DNA of 64,000 bases from Hydrolagus colliei (Eukaryota): contig CM068769.1 of assembly GCA_035084275.1 (NCBI GenBank), positions 620,001-684,000 of the forward strand, read 5' to 3'. Positions 38,013 to 51,349 of the stretch are shown one piece after another. Each line of letters starts with the position of its first letter. Position 1 is the stretch's first letter. The notes beneath the pieces were generated by a model. It had not been told where the DNA came from and did no database searches. It saw nothing but the letters and a program-made list of their open reading frames with translations. Position numbers and translations under genes: made by a program.

Positions 38013-38782
38013 GTGCGTCTAAAGGCACAGTAATACACTGCGCTGTCAGATATCAGCAGCTCAGAGATGGATAACCTGATGGAATAACTAGATTTCTGTA
38101 GGTGCGCAGAGAAACGGTTTCCAAATCCTGTGCCTTTGACTGGATCATTAGACCAAGATTTACACAGGACTATAAATTCTGGGTGGTTGTCTGGGTACTG
38201 TCTGTACCAGTAGAGAAGGTAACTGCTAGCAGTCGTGGAGTATGTGCAAACCAAATCGACAATATCTCCTTCTTGCTTAATCTCGGTAGCTTTCTGGTTG
38301 ACAGAATCGGCGTCACAGAGTTCTGCAATAAAGCAAGGAAATAACACCTAAACATTCATAGAATCATAGAATCTTATGGCACAATGGGAGGCCATTCGGG
38401 CAATCGAGTCTGTGCCGGCTGTTTGAAGAGAGCAATTCTATCCCACTCCCCAGCTCTCTCTCCCGATAACTGTCCTCCAACAATAAACGTCTACATCTCT
38501 TATAAAATATGCATCAGCCTCTCCCACCGTTTGAGGCAATGCATTCAAGATCACAACAACGGGATGAATGAAAAAAGGTTTCCTCAACTTCCCTCTAATT
38601 CTTTAGAAACTATTAGAGCATCTCGATTGCGGAATGATTTCTCTGTCCACTCAGCTACAGGTCTCCCTCCAACAATTGTTGTTGAAATGGAGCTGACAAT
38701 CAGCAGCGACACTGAATTAGCTCAAGACGACCTCACCTGCTGTAAAGGTTCCCAGCACTAGACAGAAAACAAACAGCCTCAT
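38013..38782 (-). CDS. TCR alpha/delta V segment, apparently functional; family D
   Basis: Leader 38737-38782 (MRLFVFCLVLGTFTA). V exon 38013-38322 with LVC, LYWYRQ and DSAVYYCAF. A CR1 3' fragment sits in the intron (about 38357-38450). Confidence 0.92.
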
Positions 38783-38871
38783 TGCTTCTTCTCAGCCTTT
38801 GCTGTTGTGTCAGTGACATCAGTTTGCTGGGAACCAACCACAATATTCGTCACTGGCAGATCCCACAGTCC

Positions 38872-38899
38872 CACGTCACCTCATTGACATCTCACACTT
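38872..38899 (-). promoter_or_regulatory. Paired CRE-like motif in the family D V promoter
   Basis: cacgtcacctcattgacatctcacac, about 90 bp upstream of the ATG; the same element is at 53129-53158 upstream of the paralogous leader. CRE elements are established features of TCR V promoters. Confidence 0.6.
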
Positions 38900-39862
38900 G
38901 CTTCAACAATAGGAACCGATTTATTTAACACAGCGCAATACGCAATTGACTGTGTGTATGGCTGTGGGGGTGGGGGGGTGGAGAGTTGGGGTGGGGGGGG
39001 GGGGGGGGGTGGAGGGCAGGGAATCCTCATACACAGCTCCTGTTAACTCCATAATTAAACCGCAGCATATGGGATGGTCATAGTAAAAATACAACAGCGA
39101 AAACGTAAATTTATATACCGCTCTCTAATGCAGGATGGCATCTCAGAGCTCTTCTCAATGACAGATACTGCGCCCGTGCGAGGGACTGGAGGCGAAAAGT
39201 AACCAAACGCTCGGTCAAAGAAACATCTTCGTCTGATTCCCCAAATTAGTAAGAGAGGGAAGAGGTGAAGCGGTTCCTGGGACTCGAGGCGAAGCGGCTG
39301 ACGGCACGGCCGCCGACGGTGGAGCGGATGATTTAGGGGACAAGGAGGAAGCCAGAAACGTTGGACTCAAGGCAACAGTTGCTGTGTTGGGGAGAGAGGT
39401 AGGTCAGAGAGGCAGGGGAGGTGGATGCAGAGGAGTGCAGAGACTTGAAAACTGGAGTGAGGATCTTGAAATCGATCCTCTCCGATACAGAGAGCGAGTG
39501 AAGTCTGGCAAGCACTGGGGTAATCTAAAGGAAATGCAAGAATTATTATTTTTACTATTATTACTATTATCATTATTACTATTATTAATCCCACACACAA
39601 GTGCCGTTTGTGTTGACGATCGAGATAATGCAGGGAGACTGGAGAGGGGCTGGCCAAAACAGAATATTCTGTATATTTCTGACTTCCACTTCAAATTTCG
39701 CAAAGCAGTGTCTCACAAACAGTCCTTGAATCTGTGACCTAATTAATAATTCGCTTCTCTACATATTGGCTTTCTTTTACACTTTAGTTTACCTAATTTT
39801 GAATGTAATATTACCACCGCCACAGGAATGTGCTCTGCCAATCGATTAACAAATGTTGAGCC

Positions 39863-40140
39863 TGTAGCTCAATGGTAAGAGCATTAGCCTTGCAAGTGAG
39901 AGACCTGTGTTCTTTTCAGGCTGGGCAAAAGCATGTGCATTATTGTACACACCTGAGAAAAATCCATTATAAAAAATGATCATTTCAATCCACGACTGTT
40001 TGGGGGACACTGCTTTGTGAAATGGGCTACAGAATTTCTCCCACAAATATACAGTCACTTAACAGTCTATACTGTAAAGTGCTTTATGACAACTCGATGT
40101 CGTGAAAAGCGCTACAGAAAATGCAAGAATTACTGTTATT
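39863..40140 (+). mobile_element. Deu-domain tRNA SINE
   Basis: Head, Deu core and tail all visible. Confidence 0.78.
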
Positions 40141-42634
40141 TTCATTGTTAAATTGATTCCTCCTTGGTGCTAGTTAAACAGAGGTTTCTGCAGGAATTAA
40201 ACTGACTCGTGGTTTGACCCACCCAGGAACCATATCCAGCTCTGCTCGCTTTCGAGGCTTGTGTTGTTATTATTTAGCTATAGAACTCCAGGGTATTTGC
40301 TGTACAACGCAGTAACGCGGCTTCATATTGATGTGAATGTTGCAATAAAGGTTTGTTGTATTGTATGATTATATAGCGCCATCTAGCTTCATTTCAGGCA
40401 AGTGTCAGTTGATGGGTTGTGTGATGATGATCTGATTTTGATTTACCCATATATCCAATGGGACAATTAGTACATCAGCAATATTCTTCTCGACATCTCC
40501 CTGTTGAACAAGTCCTTGCAAAAGCTTTCCACCACTTCGAGGTATATACACATATATCTCCCATCACAGGACATCCACAACCGCCCCGCCCCACACTCGC
40601 ACCCGCAACACACCCGCCACCCCCCACCAAGAGAAGCACCCATCTCCCCAGCTCATACCCTAACTCCCTCCCTCTCCAAACCCTCCAATACTACTTACCA
40701 TCAGTGGACAGGCATTCAGTCTCTCTCCTACCGCTCTCTTGAATTACATCCCAGAGTCATTTCGCTACCCTTTCTGGCTTGACAAACTACGCCCGGTCTG
40801 AACACCCTCCTCTTCGATCTTGCCTGCTGCTGCCCTCCCAACTCCCTCAAATCCCATTCGAACTTTCTTTCCTACCCTTCCAAATTTCTCCCCTCCCCTT
40901 CCAACTCTCTGCCCCTCTCCTGCCAAATCTAGACTTTTCCTCTCCCAAATCTCTACCCATCCATTCCCAACACTCTCCGTCGATGCCAACAATCTACCTC
41001 CCGCCCAAATCTTTCCCTCTCCTCCCAACACTCTCCCCATCTTCCACAATCTCTCATTCCCCTTCCAAATCTCTCCCTTCCCTGCCAGCTGTCCACCACC
41101 GCATTTGGATGTACTCCCATCGTCAAATGCGCTTAATCAATTTAATTTTGTCTTTGTCGTTGCTTTATTCTAATAACAACAGCAGTGCATGACAATGATA
41201 ATAACATTATTGCTTCCGTTAGTTGGACCGCCATATCACGTATTTCATTTGAACCACAATATAATATAGTATACTTGTGATTCACTACATTTTGTCTAGC
41301 AATGCGGCAACGAACAGACTACATTAGTGTTCCACAAGTAGTCTTGGATATGGTGACTTACGCTTTTGTAAGGGAATGACAAATCTTGCATTTGATATAA
41401 CGCTTTTCACGTCTAATCGACGACTCAAAGCGCTTCACAGAATATACAGTCAGGTGAATTGACGACATCTTTGTGGGCGACACGCGGCAGCCGCTTGTGC
41501 ACAGTAGTGTCGCACAATTAGTCGTGGGTTGAAATGAACAATTTAATTATTGTGGTTGTTAACTAGTTATTAAGTCTACCTGAAAAGAAATGCACAGTTT
41601 CACTACCAACAGGCGGCCAATTTATTCCTTGTTAAACAGAGTCATTTGGAAGATGGAAACATGCCGAAAGTTTCTCCTTGACGGTTATCAAAATAGGTGT
41701 CCTCTCTACGGAATCTTTGTTCCACAAATATACAGTCAAATCGTTTTATGGTGTGTAATATGGGAAGTGATTCAAGTCGACGGTAAGATGTGAAACGCGC
41801 TACATCAAATGAAAGCATTATTCTTACATTATTATAACTTTGTCTCACATTCCATTCTACACAGATGGAGCTTGACTTGTTCAGTTCAAGCGATATCAGT
41901 ATTTGTTTCCGTTTAAATTATGTTTCACTCACAAAACATTAAACTCAACACAATATGTCGTTGCGTATAATCAACATCCATTGGGATTACTGGCTCGAAA
42001 TTATTTTGCCAAAAAGCAAATCCATTGAGAAAGTGAGACATCTCAATAAAGCTGCACATGACACAGTGTGATATCTAAAAGAGGGACATCTAGAAGTTCT
42101 GGACAAGATATAGTGTGATGTGTGCTGACAGTTTCTGCCTGTCAACTCGCTGTTAACTCACTTTACAGTACATTCACTGACACACGTTGTGACGTCCAGC
42201 AACATCAACAACAAAATTACAGTTGTACGGCGTCTTTGACATCAGGAGAATGTCCCACGACGCTGCCTAGTTACTGCTACGGACCCGAGCTGAGGAGAGG
42301 TGGGGATGTGGGGATGTGGGGGATTGTGGCGGAGGAGTTCCGATGGATCCATCGAAGAGGAGAGTCCTGGGGCGAGACTCGAGGAAGGCCAGGTAGATAT
42401 GATAATGCGTTCATAACCGAAATTAAAGATGGTTATTGCTAATCTTTCTTCCACTATTCTCCTATACATTGTATCACTTGTTCGCATGTGGTTGGAAATG
42501 GAGTCACGTGTTTTCTCTGAGACTCACAGCAACAAATGTAGGATACGTCAAATAGGGCAACCGTCAGGAATGCCATCTGTGCTGTGATTAAACCCATTAA
42601 CTCCGTTTGCAGGTTTATGTTCGGTGGTGTAGAG

Positions 42635-42673
42635 TGTTTTTGTACGAGTCTCAGGCTGGTTCGCATCATTGTG
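42635..42673 (-). other. V RSS (CACAATG-23-ACAAAAACA)
   Basis: Heptamer 42667-42673, nonamer 42635-42643. Confidence 0.92.
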
Positions 42674-42981
42674 TGGACAGAGAGCACAGTAATACACAGC
42701 GCTGTCAGACAGTTCCAGCTGGGAGATAGTTAAACTGCTGAGATTTGTCGTGGTCTGGAGTTCCATAGAGAATCTTTTATCAATCAAATCTGCTCTGTAT
42801 GCACTCCCACTGGAATACTTCATGAGTATATACTGAGGTTGATTTCCCAACAGTTCTCGATACCATTGCAAATAATAGCTGCTGAGAGATGTGTCCTACT
42901 GACATTCCATGGTTACACTTTCTCCTTCTTTCTCGGTCACTGGAGCCGCCTTCTGTGTCACAGAGTCCACTTGGGCCAGGC
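42674..42981 (-). pseudogene. TCR V pseudogene with a single nonsense codon
   Basis: GLAQVDSVTQK...VTMECQ*DTSLSSYYLQWYRE...DSAVYYCALC; TAG at 42896-42898; leader not confidently found. Confidence 0.9.
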
Positions 42982-43009
42982 CTGAAATATAGAAACACGC
43001 AGATCTGTA

Positions 43010-43620
43010 GATCAAGCGTTCGCGCTCGCTTCGCAAGCGAGAAGACCTGGGTTCGATTCCCGGGCAGGACACACTAAATCTTCAGGCAAGTGTCCTAACA
43101 AGCATGCGTTTGTTTGCGTAGCATCAACTTGAAACCCAGTTGTTTGTCGATTGGCGGATTGGGTTTACCAAGTGTAATGATCCGTTTGAAAATACAGAAA
43201 TTATTTAGTCATTCAATCAAAGACTGTTTGTGCGACACTTCTGTGAGATCATGGCATTCCCGTTTCTTCCACAGATTACATTACTCTTTACACAATATTC
43301 TTTGAAGTGATTCTAGTATCTCTAACCGATGCTTGACCCAATGCGTCGATTGTTAATGTTGTTATGAACCCTTTGGCAAGTTTTCTTAATCCACACGCCT
43401 ACTAATAATCCCTCAACAAATAGGCCGTAATTAAATTGGTCATTTCAATCCACGACTGTTTGTGGGACACTGCTTGCACAATTGGCTGCCGCGTTTCGCC
43501 CACATATATACAGTAAATTCACTTTGCAGTTTATTCTGCGAATCGCTTTGGGACGTTGATAAGATGTGAAAAGCGATTCGTCAAATGCAAGGATTAGTAT
43601 TATTAATAGTATTATCATAA
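43010..43620 (+). mobile_element. Composite of Deu-domain SINE copies
   Basis: tRNA-like head with gggttcgattccc near 43050; Deu cores near 43225 and 43450. Confidence 0.7.
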
Positions 43621-45151
43621 TGTAGAGTATATATACACATAAACAAATCAACGGGTTTGAAAATTGATTAAAATGACCACTGTTACACCATATTACCTAT
43701 TAAAATGGCAACCAGAGGCAGACGCCCATTGACTCTCCATATTGTCATCACTCACTGCAAAATTACGATGTTATGTGTGAAGGTATTGTTGTTGATCTGC
43801 GACATACAGCTCTGAGACAGGTGACGCTTGATGGCGATGACCTCACTTCCTAATCCTGTGTCGTGGACATCAACTGATCAGTGTGCTAGCGATGTCAATA
43901 AGTCACAGATCATCGTCTGGGTAAAGAGATGGGGGAGCGTATCTTAATTGAGTTAATTCAGTTTGGCGACAGACATAGCGGCGACACTGAACATTATTCA
44001 TATATCTGATATTTGATATTACTTTCTGTTTTAAAGATGAGGCAACTTTAAGCGCTCCACACAAAATACTGTCAGCTTTAATGACTTTAGAAATTATTTG
44101 TGTGTTGTCATATGTTATATTGAACGACTAACAGTTGACGCACTTATGCTCGACGACATGTGGACTGGATACCAATGGATCTGGGCTGGAATCAGAGCAA
44201 AAACCCGTAGAGTCGCGAAACGCGGCAGCCAAATTGCGCACAGTCGTGTCCCACAAACAGTCATGGCAGTGGGATTACGGCAAAATGGGGGCAAAAATGG
44301 CAAGGGGAGGGGTCGGGGTAGGGAGAATGAGTGCAAGACCCGAAATCTTGACTCGATTGTCTTTACTCCATAGTTGATGCCTGGTCTGCTGATTGTTCAC
44401 AGCCATTTCTGTTTTTGTTTCAGATTTCCAGCCTCTGCAATATTTTGCGTGTTTATTCAGGCAGAATCTATTGATGGAAGTTCAGCTAGTTGGTCACACA
44501 TATTGTGTAGCTATTACTGAATATAATCGGCTACGACTTAAGCGCTCGAGACACCGTCTGGCATGAAGGACGCTATGTAGATTCAAGTTGTTGTTGTTGA
44601 TCTCTTCGTTCATGTCAATTGTGGTCAGCCTCAACTGGGATCTTGGACGTATGTGGAAACCCATGAAATTGCTTAAGCATATCCAAACCAGATAGAGCAT
44701 TCAATTTATACCATCATTACTGAAGGATTACTCGACAGTTATTAAGAGGCATGGGTTTGCCTCAGAGCAACGCAAATGTTGGACAAGTTGATTTACTCCT
44801 CTGTTTTTGCCTCTGTTTAATCAGCAATAAAGTGGAACCATGTTATTAGTCGATTGGCCGATCACTAGTTACGGATTAATAACCACTCAATATAGAACAA
44901 TGATGGAAGCACTGAATCCATAGTTGCTCATAGTACACTGCTATGCTCATTTGGCTGCTGCGTTTCGCTCAAAAAAGTTGCAGTCAATTCATATTATTGT
45001 GTATTCCGTGTTCCGTTTTGGTGGGTGCCGAAGACGTTATCAGTCGCTATTCTAAACACAAGGATTATTATTGTTGTCATCAATTCTGCGAGACGTCTCA
45101 AACGACTTCGCAAAATGCAATGTAATGCGCATCGACAATATCAGTTTTAAA

Positions 45152-46705
45152 CCCTAGGTTACTAAGTGAGGCACGGGAGCAAATAGCAGGGACTCTGGCC
45201 ACGATCTTTCAATCTTCGTTGGACACAGAGGTCGTGCCAGATGCCAGGAGGTTAGCTAATGGTACTCCCTTGTACAAAAAGGGGCAGAAGGACAAGCCTG
45301 ATAACTACAGACCAGTCAGTCTAACGTCGGTAGTGGACAAACTTCTAGAGTCCATAATCAGGGACAAGGTAGATCTTCACTCAGAAAGATATAGGCTAAT
45401 AAAGGACAGTCAACATGGAGTTGTTAAAGGCAAATCTTGCCTTGCAAATCTGATAGAATTTTTTGATGAGGTAACGGAATGTGTCGATAATGGTGGCGCA
45501 GTTGATGTAGTTTACATGGACTTTCAAAAGGCATTTGACAAAGTGCCACATGAGACACATATTATGAAATTAAAGGCCCATGGCGTAAAAGGGACAGTGG
45601 CAGCGTGGATCCACAACTGGCTGCGAGACAGAAAGCAAAGCGTTGTAGTGAGCGGCTGTTTTTCAGATTGGAGGGAAGTGAGCAGTGGTGTGCCACAGGG
45701 ATCAGTTTTGCGACCATTGCTGTTTGTAATCTACATCAATGATCTGGACATGGGTGTACGGAGTACAGTTTCCAAGTTTGCAGATGACACTAAGTTAGGG
45801 AGAATAGTAAATAGTGAGGAGGATAGTAGCCATCTGCAAGAGGATATAGACAAATTGGTAAAGTGGGCAGACACATGGCAGATGACGTTTAATGCAGAGA
45901 AGTGTGAGGTGATGCATTTTGGGAGAAGAAATGAAGGGAGGCAATATAGGCTAGATAGTACAATTTTAAATGGTGTGAAGGAACAGAGAGACCTGGGGAT
46001 TTGTGTCAGTGACTCGTTGCAGGTGGCAGGACAGGTAGACAAGGCTGTTAAGAAGGCATATGGGATACTAGGCTATATAAATAGGGGTATAGAGTACAAA
46101 AGTCAGGAAATGCTGACTAACCTCTATAAGACTTTGGTGAGGCCTCAGCTGGAATACTGTGTTCAATTCTGGTCACCACACGACAGAAAGGATGTGTAGG
46201 CATTGGAAAGGGTACAACGAAGATTTACTAGGATGGTGCCAGGATTGAGGGACTTCAGCTATGAGGAGAGGCTGGATAGGCTAGGGTTATTCTCTCTGGA
46301 GCAGTGAAGATTGAGGGGAGACCTAATAGAGGTTTATAAGATCATGAGGGGTTTCGAAAGGGCAAATGGAGAAAAACTATTTCCACTCGTGGGTGAATCT
46401 GTGACTCGTGGTCACAGATTTAAAATAGTTTCAAGGCGAAGTAGAGGGGAGCTGAGGAGAAATTTATTCACTCAGAGAGTTGTTCGAATCTGGAATGCAT
46501 TGCCTGAAAAGGTGGTGGAGGCTGATTCGATAACAACTTTTAAAAGGGAATTCGATATTTTTTTAGCGAGAACAGATCTATTAGGCTGTGGGGAGCGGGC
46601 AGGGCAGTGGGATTGAATCGCTCTTTGCAAAGAGCCGGCACAAACTAGATGGGCCGAATGGCCTCCTTTTGTGCCGTAAAATTCTATGAATGTATGAAAC
46701 TATGA
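45152..46705 (+). mobile_element. 5'-truncated CR1 LINE (RT region), with stops
   Basis: NYRPVSLTS, DFQKAFDKVPH, GVPQGSVL, FADDTKL; ttctatga-type tail. Confidence 0.95.
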
Positions 46706-46747
46706 ATCTATAAAGTGGTGTGAAGTCAGAAAATCTACATGGTGCAT

Positions 46748-46766
46748 TGTCGCCCTCTAGTGGCCA
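46748..46766 (-). promoter_or_regulatory. Strong CTCF-like motif TGGCCACTAGAGGGCGACA
   Basis: Near-consensus match, in a roughly 110-bp unique island between two CR1 copies. Confidence 0.65.
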
Positions 46767-46813
46767 GTATATGAAAATTCAACTCTATCATAATATTTGA
46801 TGCAAAACTTGTT

Positions 46814-47875
46814 GTAGTGAGCGGCTGTTTTTCAGATTGGAGGGAACTGAGCACTGGTGTGCCACAGGGATCGGTTTTGGGACCATTGCTGTTTGTAATC
46901 TACATCAATGATCTGGACTTGGGTGTACGGAGTACAGTTTCCAAGTTTGCAGATGACACTAAGTTAGGGAGAATAGTAAACAGTGAGGAGGATAGTAGCC
47001 ATCTGCAAGAGGATATAGACAAATTGGTAAAGTGCGCAGACACATGGCAGATGAAGTTTAATGCAGAGAAGTGTGAGGTGATGCATTTTGGGAGAAGAAA
47101 TGAAGGGAGGCAATATAGGCTCGATAGTACAATTTTAAATGGTGTAAAGGAACAGAGATACCTGGGGATTTGTGCTAGTGACTCGTTGAAGGTGGTAGGA
47201 CAGGTAGACAAGGCTGTTAAGAAGGCATATGTGATACTAGGCTTTATAAATAGGGGTATAGTGTACAAAAGTCAGGAAGTGCTGACTAACCTCTATAAGA
47301 CTTTGGTGAGGCCTCAGCTGGAATACTGTGTTCAATTCTGGTCACCACACTACAGAAAGGATGTGAAGGCATTGGAAAGGGTACAACGAAGATTTACTAG
47401 GATGGTGCAAGGATTGAGGGACTTCAGCTATGAGGAGAGTCTAGTTAGGCTAGGGTTATTCTCTCTGGAGCAGAGAAGATTGAGGGGAGACCTCATAGCG
47501 GTTTATAAGATCATGAGGGGTTTCGACAGGGCAAATAGTGAAAAACTATTTCCACTCGTCGGTGAATCTGTGACTCGTGGTCACAGATTTAAAATAGTTT
47601 CAAGGCGCAGAAGAGGGGAGCTGAGGAGAATTTGTTTCACTCAGCGAGTTGTTCGAATCTGGAATGCATTGCCTGAAAAGGTGGTGGAGGCTGATTCGAT
47701 AACAACTTTTAAAAGGGAATTAGATCTTTATTTAGGGAGAACGGGTCTATTAGGCTATGGGGAGCGGGCAGGGCAGTGGGATTGAATCGCTCTTTTCAAA
47801 GAGCCGGCACAGACTAGATGGGCCGAATGGCCTCCTTTTGTGCCGTAAAATTCTATGATTCTATGATTCTATGAG
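46814..47875 (+). mobile_element. 5'-truncated CR1 LINE, open RT C-terminal frame
   Basis: 322-aa ORF with GVPQGSVLGP and FADDTKL; (ttctatga)n tail. Confidence 0.95.
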
Positions 47876-49998
47876 TCTAACTTGAAATAATGCAATCATT
47901 GAAACAATAATATTGTGTAGTTGCCCGTGTCTTATGCCAGCTCAGAATAAGTAAAGTAGTAGCCTGTATATTTGTTGGACGAAAGTCGGCAGCCAATTGT
48001 GTAGACTACTGACAAGCAAAGTGTAAGGGATGGAGTGAGCATTTATTATTTTTTATTTTGTGGCGAATTCTCCACTCTGGAAATACTAGTCGACGTAGAA
48101 ATGGTTTCCGGCTTCCAGCTAGACACACCGAACAATGAGGTGTAAGACAATTGGGTCAACGTTTCTTCTAATCAGAGACGCAAGTCTCGGTCCCATCATT
48201 GAGGTGAAAGGGGCAGAGTTCGCCTTCAGATTGGAGAGAGCGAAGAGGTTGACGTAGATTTAATGTTTCAGAGCACACAAATTGGGAGAAAGTATAGCAC
48301 GGAGGACTTTGAAACTGATAATGAGGATTTCGAATTCTGGGGAATGGGTAAGCAAAAGAGAGAGCGAGTTTCCAATGCTAGTTTTATGGAAATTGATGTG
48401 TGGAAAAACATCAGCTGTTGAGTGCTGAATGAATCACATTTTGTGCACGAAAGAGTTCGGAAGGCCGACACCCATTGAATTAACAGAGCTGTAAATTGAA
48501 GTGATGAACACGTGGGCGTAATGTAAGAAATCTAAAATAATTATTCGTTTTATTATATTAGCAAACCCCAATCAATTAATAGCAACTGGACATGCAGCGA
48601 ATAATTATTGTCTGCATTTATCGTGCAGGTAATGAATATATGACGTGATTCAGGGAGGTGAATGTGGACTCATCTGTGGCTTCCTTTGGCTACCTGCAGC
48701 TCACAGGGCACGAAGACTTTATCAAGCATCCAGTTGGTATTCAACCAGTGGATCAACCCATGTAAAATGCGTAGGCAGTTTCTGTGAGAATTGCTACGAC
48801 ATCTGTCACTGTGGTGAGTTTACAACAACATCAAAAACAACGTTACATTTGTAAAGCGACTTTCACGTCAGGAGGACGTCCCCAGGCGCTTGACAGTAAT
48901 TGGTTCAGATCCCAACTGAGGAAAGGTTGAGTGGGGGGTGGAGATGCCGATGGGTACTTCGAAGAGGAGAGTCTTCAGGCGGATTCTTGAAGGACGTCAG
49001 GGAGGGGGCGACGGTTGTGCCTGCGAAATGGAGTTCCAGTGTTTGGATGGCAGAGTGGCTGACGGCTAGCCCGCCAATGCTTGTGCGGATGGGGCATGGG
49101 TGGTGGAGCAGATCAGAGCCAGCTGCGTGGATGCGTCGGGCAGTTTGGTAGTGGGATAACAGGTCAGGGATGTAGGGTGCGGCGAGATTTTAGCGGACTT
49201 TAAATGCCACAGTGTTTCGCAGCAGTGGATCAGAGATAACCAAAGTAAGTGTTGGAAGTATCAGAGATGTATAACTGAGCACAGAAACAATTTCGAAATC
49301 CCATGGCATTAACTTGATTGTTTCCCCGCAGAATATCCACGAATTGTAAATTCATGCAGCTTTTCTCGCTACCAAAAGAGATTTTAATAGCTAACAGGAG
49401 TAGAATAAAAAATATTAGTAGTAACACCAAATATTATCCTCTCCAGAAAGAAACGCAATAATAAAATTGGTCATTTAAATCCGTGACAGTCTGTGGGACG
49501 CTGCTGTGCAAAACTGGCTGCTGCGTTTCACCCACAAATTTAGTCATCAAACTACACAATACTTTATTTGAAGCGCGTTTTGACGGTACAGAAGACGTGA
49601 AAACGGCTATGAGAAATGGAAGAAATATTACTACAATGTCTGCGTTAACAGTCATGGCACGGCTAACGAAAATTATTTTCCAGAGCGTATGTTTATGGGA
49701 GTTGACTCGATAGTCTTGTTGTACAACATGCGAGCATTGTCTCAAAAACGAAGATTCTTGGTGCAATTATTAACTCGGAAAAAAAGCAGCAAAGTTTTCT
49801 TATTCTGTATTATTCACCTACAAAATGTACATTCAAGTCACTTTAAGTAGATACTTTGCAGCCCTTTGGGACGTTTCTGTAAGTCATAGGCGGTATATTA
49901 AATACAAGTATAATTACCGTTTTATAAATGCGGATTACTTTTCTCTTTCGTTTGACACAACGTCGCCTCTTGTGGTTTCACTGCATTGGTACAGTTGA

Positions 49999-50037
49999 CG
50001 TATTTGTACGATGCCCCCATGCCATGCCTACAATGTG
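49999..50037 (-). other. V RSS (CACATTG-23-ACAAATACG)
   Basis: Heptamer 50031-50037, nonamer 49999-50007. Confidence 0.82.
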
Positions 50038-50341
50038 GGAAGCTTGGCGCAGTAATACAGGGCACTGTCATCGATCAGGACGGTGTCAATTCTCAGTTCA
50101 AAATATTCTCTTATTCTATGGACGGTGGAGTGAAACCAAGCTGGAAAGTCAGGATTCCTGTCATCCTTCCCTGCAATGGGAGACAGTATGTAGACGGGAG
50201 CGTTCCTTGATGCGTGTCTGTACCAGAAGAGGCTATCGGGATCATTTATTTTCTTCAAGGTGCAGGATATTGTAACGTCTTCTCCCTCTCGTATCAACAG
50301 ATCAGCAATGGAGTGTTTCCCCGTGTTCTGCAGGCTGTTAC
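50038..50341 (-). CDS. TCR V segment, intact V exon, no leader identified
   Basis: Acceptor cgccacag, then GNSLQN...VTISC...LFWYRH...DDSALYYCAKL; open frame. Confidence 0.82.
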
Positions 50342-50769
50342 CTGTGGCGAAATTGAACAGCCTAGTTGAGCCGCAATCTTGTATTAGTTGATATCCTGCA
50401 TTATATTGCTCAGAGCTCTAGTTTCTGAAGCCAGTGGACCTGGGTTCATTTCTCTGGCATGGATAACCATAGCTAAATTACCATGCAACATTTGCCTCAA
50501 GCAGTAAGTAGAAATTATTTGTGTCAAGCAGTAAGTAGAAGTTTTTTGTCAGATTGTCTTCCTGGAGCAATTATAACTTCAGCAATCAATCAATTGCTGC
50601 CCCGCCCACAATAAAATAGATACTAACGCAGTTACTAAATCCAAGGTTATTCTTGTAAAACTGCTCTACACAGTTGGCTGTTGTGGTTCAACCCTGAGTT
50701 ATACAGCCAATCCATTTCTTCAATGTAATACACTTGAAGACATTTGAGACGTCTTGAATAGGTTGAAAG

Positions 50770-51030
50770 TCTTGAACCTGGCTCTACACTCTGGAACACC
50801 ATCCCTCAATCCCTTGGCCTCGCTTCCTACCTTTCTTCCTTCAATGCCGGTCTCAAGAACTTCCTCTTCGACCTTGCCTTCTACTCCCATCCTAGCTCTT
50901 TACCGTTTCCTACTCTCTTTCTCCCTACCCGACACTTGCCCCACCCCCACTCGGTTCCCGACTTAACGTTTCAGCACCAAGGGACGTCCTGCCGACCTCA
51001 ATGGCGCAATTTTCATATAATGTTGTTGTT
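50770..51030 (+). mobile_element. L2 3' end fragment
   Basis: ttcctcttcgaccttgcc, aagggacgtcc and (tgt)n tail. Confidence 0.65.
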
Positions 51031-51349
51031 TTTCTTGTGATAAAGAACGATACGATATGCAACGATTAATAACATGATACTTTTGTAAAAAGAATAAATA
51101 AGATATTACAAAATCTATTTTTTGAAATGTCTTACGGCAAAGCAAAGCGAGCGTTATTGAAAGCATAGTCCACATCTCCCACAGAATCATTGTGATCCTT
51201 TGTCTGACATTAACTCTCTAGCTCACGGCTGTTCATTCTGAATGTTGATGAAATGGAGAGACTTGCAGACACTGCTCCTCCCACACGGAGCCTCGCTTAC
51301 CCAATCACTGCTCCGACCATGCAAAGTCACGCCCAGAAAGTCATTGTAT

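Noticed and set aside
43010-43075. tRNA-Ala-like sequence with a good B-box
   Set aside because: No complete acceptor stem, and it continues into a SINE body; it is a SINE head like the many other copies.
43750-43806. Candidate leader for the V at 42674
   Set aside because: The ATG-led frame reaches the GT donor in phase 2 and is weakly hydrophobic.
45152-47875. Two adjacent CR1 copies as a tandem duplication
   Set aside because: The second copy's 3' end matches the separate copy at 23200 better than the first copy, and a unique spacer lies between them; independent insertions are more likely.
49208-49246. Plus-strand CACAGTG with a weak nonamer at 23 bp
   Set aside because: Poor nonamer match, and it adjoins an L2 fragment with no gene segment; the same applies to CACAGTG near 3260, 33525 and 59800.
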